Source: Octopus vulgaris (lineage: Eukaryota). From it: a DNA stretch of 64,000 nucleotides. Every line of letters starts with the position of its first letter. Position 1 is the first letter of the stretch. Shown here piece by piece: positions 58,752 to 64,000 of the stretch. The position numbers and the translations under genes are program-made. The DNA lies in contig OX597817.1 of assembly GCA_951406725.2 (NCBI GenBank), positions 55,614,001 to 55,678,000 on the forward strand, read 5' to 3'. The notes beneath the pieces were generated by a model, which was not told where the DNA came from, searched no databases, and was given only the letters and a program-made list of their open reading frames with translations.

Positions 58752-58854
58752 AACCAACAATTGTTTCAATTTTCAAATAGGATTCAAATTACAAACCATA
58801 TATAAAACTTTACTTTTGCATTTTAAATACCTTATAAGGAAAATCGTCAGGGTT
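58752..58854 (-). ncRNA. Type I hammerhead motif with a long stem II insert
   Basis: AACC-CTGACGA-TTTTC...GAAAA-TT-GAAAC-AATT-GTT-GGTT. Stem I AACC/GGTT, AATAAA downstream. The base of stem II is imperfect. Confidence 0.5.
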
Positions 58855-58959
58855 GTCAGAGGACAATAAGGATTACATTAGGATACTTTCGGAATATACA
58901 GAATATATAAACATGTTTAGCATGAGTGTATATATATATGTATGTATATATATATATGT

Positions 58960-59056
<97 letters not shown>

Positions 59057-59199
59057 TGTGTGTCTGTGTGTGTGTGTGTGTCTGTGTGTCTGTGTGTGTG
59101 TTTGTATGCTTATATACATATATAGGAAAATGTGTTGTTGAAAATGCACTTAAATTTCAAAAGCTCGTAAATGTTTAAAATACATTTATTTACATATAT

Positions 59200-59239
59200 A
59201 CCAAACTAGTTTCAACAATATTTTTTGTTTATCAATGGT
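59200..59239 (-). ncRNA. Degenerate minimal hammerhead relic
   Basis: ACCA-TTGATAA-ACAA-AAAATA-TTGT-T-GAAACTAGTT-TGGT. Stems are intact but the core has two substitutions. AATAAA downstream. Confidence 0.35.
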
Positions 59240-59294
59240 AAAAGTGTAAAATTAGAAAAACATCGTTATAAGTTTCAATGTTGACAAATCAAAA

Positions 59295-59780
59295 TGCCAA
59301 AGAGACGAGCTGCGGGAAAGCGCGTCGCACAAACTGCGACCACACCTGTTCACCGTCGTCAATGAAGCGCCGGAGATGTCAGTCTCAGCGCATGCCTGTG
59401 TATCATCAACCATGACATGCTTAGCCCTCCATTTAGCGGGTGTTGATAGCAAATGGATGGCCTAAACATCGGAACGCTTCCCTTCCACAGTAAGCGGAAG
59501 AGTATGCGTTCCAATTTGGTGATGGTAGAGTCGGGTCAAGGCACGACACTCAGACGGTAATATATGATGGATGCGATGTACGCGTTCGCCACCTGCGCCC
59601 GACCTTTTAGCGATAGCCTCCTCTCGGATCATTGTTAGGTGAGAGTGGCCACCCTGGTCGTTATTTCTCCCCAATTCTTCTCCCTTTGGAGATCCGACCA
59701 AACCAGACTCCAACCAATTTAATCGGTTCTTCGGTCCAGCGTCCCATGATGGAGATGCTGTTGGATGGCATGGCTTGCTT
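59295..59780 (-). pseudogene. L1/Tx1-like ORF2 fragment (region after the RT core)
   Basis: Manual translation IKLVGVWFG / DLQREKNW...RRLSLKGRAQVANAYIASIIYYRLSVVP*P...LERILFRLLWKG...HPLNGGLSM matches the LGxxF...LSLxGR...FxFLWxG...GGL pattern. Contains stops and a frameshift. Confidence 0.8.
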
Positions 59781-59781
59781 C

Positions 59782-59858
<77 letters not shown>

Positions 59859-59899
59859 TAACAGATACTTGATAAATAGTTGATGTTAATATATATATA

Positions 59900-60440
59900 C
59901 GAGCAAAACGCCCCCCGTCCAATGGACGGTGCTGAATCATATCTGCTGGATTAAAAGCAATTAGAGTTAAAGTTTTTTCATTAAAAGATAATTAAGCATG
60001 CCTTTATTTCAATAAAATCTTTGGATTTATTAAACGAAGTTATAGCCAAAAAAACTTCTTGGGAAACTAAATAGTCTTTCCTTCCTTCATGCCAAGTTTG
60101 AAGAAAATATCTCTTTTGCATCTTATTTTTTTGGTCTCTTAAATATACTGCATTTTGTGGCATTATTTCTAGCCTTTTGCGCAAACCGCACGTACATTTT
60201 TCTCGCGTACGCGTAATATCGATCGCAACAGCTGATGTACATGCGCGTACAAATGCACGTTCCCACGGTTTTATCGATCGGATTCTCACAGCGAATGCAT
60301 TTTTGTAACTTTTTCAAGACTTATACACGCCCTGATACCGTCGGTATGTACATATCAAATTTGAGCGCAATCGGATGGAGGATGCTCGAGAAGCTAGAAG
60401 ATACACACACAGACAGACAGAACGGATTTTAAAAATTAGA
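59900..60440 (-). mobile_element. Helitron-like non-autonomous element with CTCG 3' end
   Basis: Minus strand starts A|TC, has the subterminal hairpin CCGTCC-ATT-GGACGG and ends CTCG|T. No TSD. Second copy at 48044-48369. Confidence 0.65.
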
Positions 60441-60448
60441 TATATATT

Positions 60449-60503
<55 letters not shown>

Positions 60504-60504
60504 A

Positions 60505-60703
60505 TTTACTACCCACGAGGGGCTAAACATAGAGGGGACAAATAAGAACAGACAAACAAGGACAGACAAAGGGATTAAGTCGATTACCTCGACCCCAGTG
60601 CGAAACTGGTACTTTATTCATCGACCCCGAATGGATGAAAGGCAAAGTCGACCTCGCCGGAATTTGAACTCAGAACGTAACGACAGACGAAATACCGCTA
60701 GGC
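60505..60703 (-). mobile_element. SINE family A, head truncated
   Basis: B box, body and tail match 1313-1530. Confidence 0.85.
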
Positions 60704-61639
60704 ACTTACATATATGCATGCATATTTACATACATAATGCATGTATACATACATTCATACGTACATACATACATTTTGTCTCAAGTCATACACTTCAATT
60801 TAAATTTGTGGTATAATATAATATGCTGTTCATGCAGGGTTAGAAAAAAATCCCTTTTACTTTCCGTGGTTTACGAGCAAGCTTACACATATGAATATCT
60901 GTGAAATTTCAAGTATATTTTCTTAGTTTTTGAAGGCTGCGATAAAATTTATCATTATTTGCGTTAGCACGAATTGAAATATATTGGAACAGGAAAAAAA
61001 ATATCTCGGATAATAGCTGAATAAATTTTCCAGTATATCCACAGAGCACATAGCGAAACGCAAACTCAAATTATAAAAACATAGAATTATTGAAACGCAC
61101 AAAGAAACGGGCTACGCTTATGTACATAGATTATACGTACGTACATACAAGCTTACGTGCATAATACATACATAAATACATGCACCAGCACACACACACA
61201 TATACACACACACACACAGGCTCACAAACTCACCAACCTATACACGCATCCAGTTCAATGTAATATATGTGTTAAGAGGGGAAAATGAAAAATGTTTTAA
61301 AAACAAGTGCTTAGATGAGATTATGTGAATCTTCAGTTTTTTATTGTACAACCGTAAAATATATTCATATGAATAGTTCACTAAATATCATCGACCATAT
61401 CCCAGTTGTCTGTCTGTCTGTCTGTCTCTATGTGTAGACATAAGTGTGGTATATAAGTGTGTGTATATGTGTGTGTGTGTGAATCTATTTACTTTCCTGA
61501 CAACCTAGACTCTCAGCATACATCTCTCTTTTTCAAAATGCTGGAGGAATTTTCGAACTGGAAAGAAAGCGGATGTGTTCCTCTAAACCAGGCTTTTTCT
61601 CCATCTTGCATGATTATGTTTAAACAGACGGAACTGTAG

Positions 61640-62450
61640 ATAATCCACCCGTTCAGCAACTTAGGGTACAATCAGGGTACAATCATCCCATCTGACGCCT
61701 AAAATTGCAATGTTGATGACAACAGACACGTTAATGCAAGCAGCGAATTCAAGAAATTTTGCAACAGATTCCGAAATTACAAAGCCACTGAGAAACGATA
61801 CGAAGATCTGTGTGTAGCTGAGGTTTTGGACTAACCACTGTCACATACGGTACCACATCCAGCTATAATTATCTTCGATACTTTTAGCGCTTCACGGCCC
61901 TTGATTCCTCATTTCCTTCATTATCCACTATAATGATCTCAGTGCCAACATAGAAATATTCGATGAGAAAAAGTCAACAGCATCAGATCCTGGTTGCTAA
62001 AACTGCAGGTGCGCGGTGGGTGAGGGCTACGGTTTCACGATGAAGAATCATTGATTGTCCCTGATTTTCACTTGGGCCGGTCTCGTGCTGCTCATCGTGA
62101 AGGAGAATGTGTACAAGAAAACACTTAAAAAATAAACATGACTTTTGTAGCTCTGGCCGTATTCTACAATCTACTATAACTTTTATTAATGGAATCTGGT
62201 GACAAATTGTTCAGCAGCCTTTCTCCGTTTTCGATAATGTAATTGTGACCCTGTTGGAATCTCGAAGAAAAAAATTAAGGATAAAAGATAGAAGAATAAG
62301 AGAACATCACCGAAATCAGAATGGAATCTCCCTTAAAATCACTGCAACGAAGCCGTCGTGTTCTGTGTTCGACTCCATTGTAAATCTGCAGTCGATATGA
62401 ACTGGTCGATTTGTGAATCTCCATTCGTGAAATTCAAATAACGATGACAA
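61640..62450 (+). pseudogene. Highly decayed 3' part of an RTE-clade LINE
   Basis: Frameshifted peptides DNRHVNASSEFKKF, LRNDTKICV, IHYNDLSANIEIFDE, VNSIRSWLLKLQVR and YKKTLKK appear in the order expected for the RTE ORF2 C-terminus. Confidence 0.55.
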
Positions 62451-63352
62451 TGAGAATTCAGTGAAGTCCTACGGACTCTGTCACAATTATTGAAGAAAAT
62501 CTAAATGGGTGGTTGTGCTATGTGATCAGTGATGTCAACAGTGGTCCCTCTCTCTCTCTTTCTCTTACCTTTTCCCTCCTTCTCTCTCTCTTTCTCTTTC
62601 TCTCTCTTACTCTCTGTTGCAGTGGAGTTCGTGCCGGCGCAGGTAAATTTACTAATGTTTGAAATTATAATAGAATGCATACCAGGATGTATTCTAAAAG
62701 CAATTTTCCTTGATTGGTTACGTAATCTCACTTGAATGCAGATTTAGAACTCATTATATTACATAGAAAGAAAGTCACTATATTATTTATATTAAATACG
62801 CCAAAGTAATTTCAGTCTCCAAATCTCCATCTTTTTATTGAGAGCTTCTACTTCATTGATCTGCAAGAAATAGCAGCCAAGTCTCCCTTAAGAAAAACAC
62901 TATCAGCTTTAAAAAATTTGAATGCTAAACTGATGGTCGCGGTTGGAACATTTTGAATCACAGATCTACCGCTTTAAGGTGGATCTGAATCTGAACAAAA
63001 AGAAAGAATCGGGAGGAGATAAGGAAGTTGAGATGAGAAAGAAAATGAACAACGATGACAACAACAACAACAAAAACAACAACACCATCAGCAGCTGTAA
63101 CAAGAAGTATTATTTCAAGAGGTTATTTATAATATTTCTCTCTGTATAGACATATATGAATTCATATCACAGATTTCACCAGGAAATTTTAAAATGTCAT
63201 TATGTGCACATCACCCTTCTACCTTCCTCTCTCATTCTCACCGAATATATACATATATATATATATGTATATATATATATATTTATATATATATATATAT
63301 TATGTTACATTATATTATATTATATATATAATATAATATATGTACTTATATG

Positions 63353-63412
<60 letters not shown>

Positions 63413-63438
63413 CATATATGCATATATATATATTTATA

Positions 63439-63499
<61 letters not shown>

Positions 63500-64000
63500 A
63501 CACATATACATGCACACAAACATACACACATGTATATATGCATGTAAACATACGTACGTAAGTTCGTCTCCGCAACTATATAGTGTCTTATTTATCCCCA
63601 GCTCCACCCCAACTCACCCAATTTATTTACCCATCTACTACATAATCAACTCCCCAATTCCTACTACCACCCTACCCCCACTCACTCTCCTCTCAACCAA
63701 ATCTGTCCACACATTGTTTTCAGCCAGACTATTATGCCAAAAGTACGTGCGATAATTTTTAAAGAATTCTTAACAGAATGTTCTTTTCACTTTGGAACGT
63801 AGAATTTATTGGTGGCGATAAAAATAAAAGATGGGAACAAAAGCAAGAAAAAGGTCACATACTCATTTAAAATTGATTATGGTGGGGATGACCTTTCATT
63901 CGCAACTGTTTTCGACAACCAGCCATCATCATCATCGCCATGAACTTCATCACCATCATCCTTGTCGTCTTCATATATATATATATATATATGTCTGTGT

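Overview
Eukaryotic, repeat-dominated window with no recognisable host gene. It is very rich in microsatellites ((TA)n, (CA)n, (GATA)n, (CATA)n and trinucleotide tracts), and nearly all listed ORFs are translations of these. The SINE content and microsatellite density suggest a cephalopod (Octopus-like) intronic or intergenic region; this is inference. Supported content: a 5'-truncated but uninterrupted CR1-group LINE reverse transcriptase ORF (about 6060-8247); two decayed mariner transposases; relics of R4/Dong-like, L1/Tx1-like and RTE-like LINEs; two tRNA-derived SINE families with many copies plus a third SINE-like element; and non-autonomous Helitron-like elements. Three signals stand out. 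(1) About a dozen minimal type I hammerhead-ribozyme motifs of the Penelope-associated kind, with family-wide core variants (U4C, A6U, an extra base after A9, long stem II inserts), often inside foldbacks or (TA)n tracts. (2) Head-to-tail SINE multimers with an identical palindromic junction at two loci. (3) A 3'-terminal stem-loop with compensatory changes shared by the LINE, a SINE family and a third element. All alignments, translations and folds were done by eye, and boundaries are approximate unless stated.
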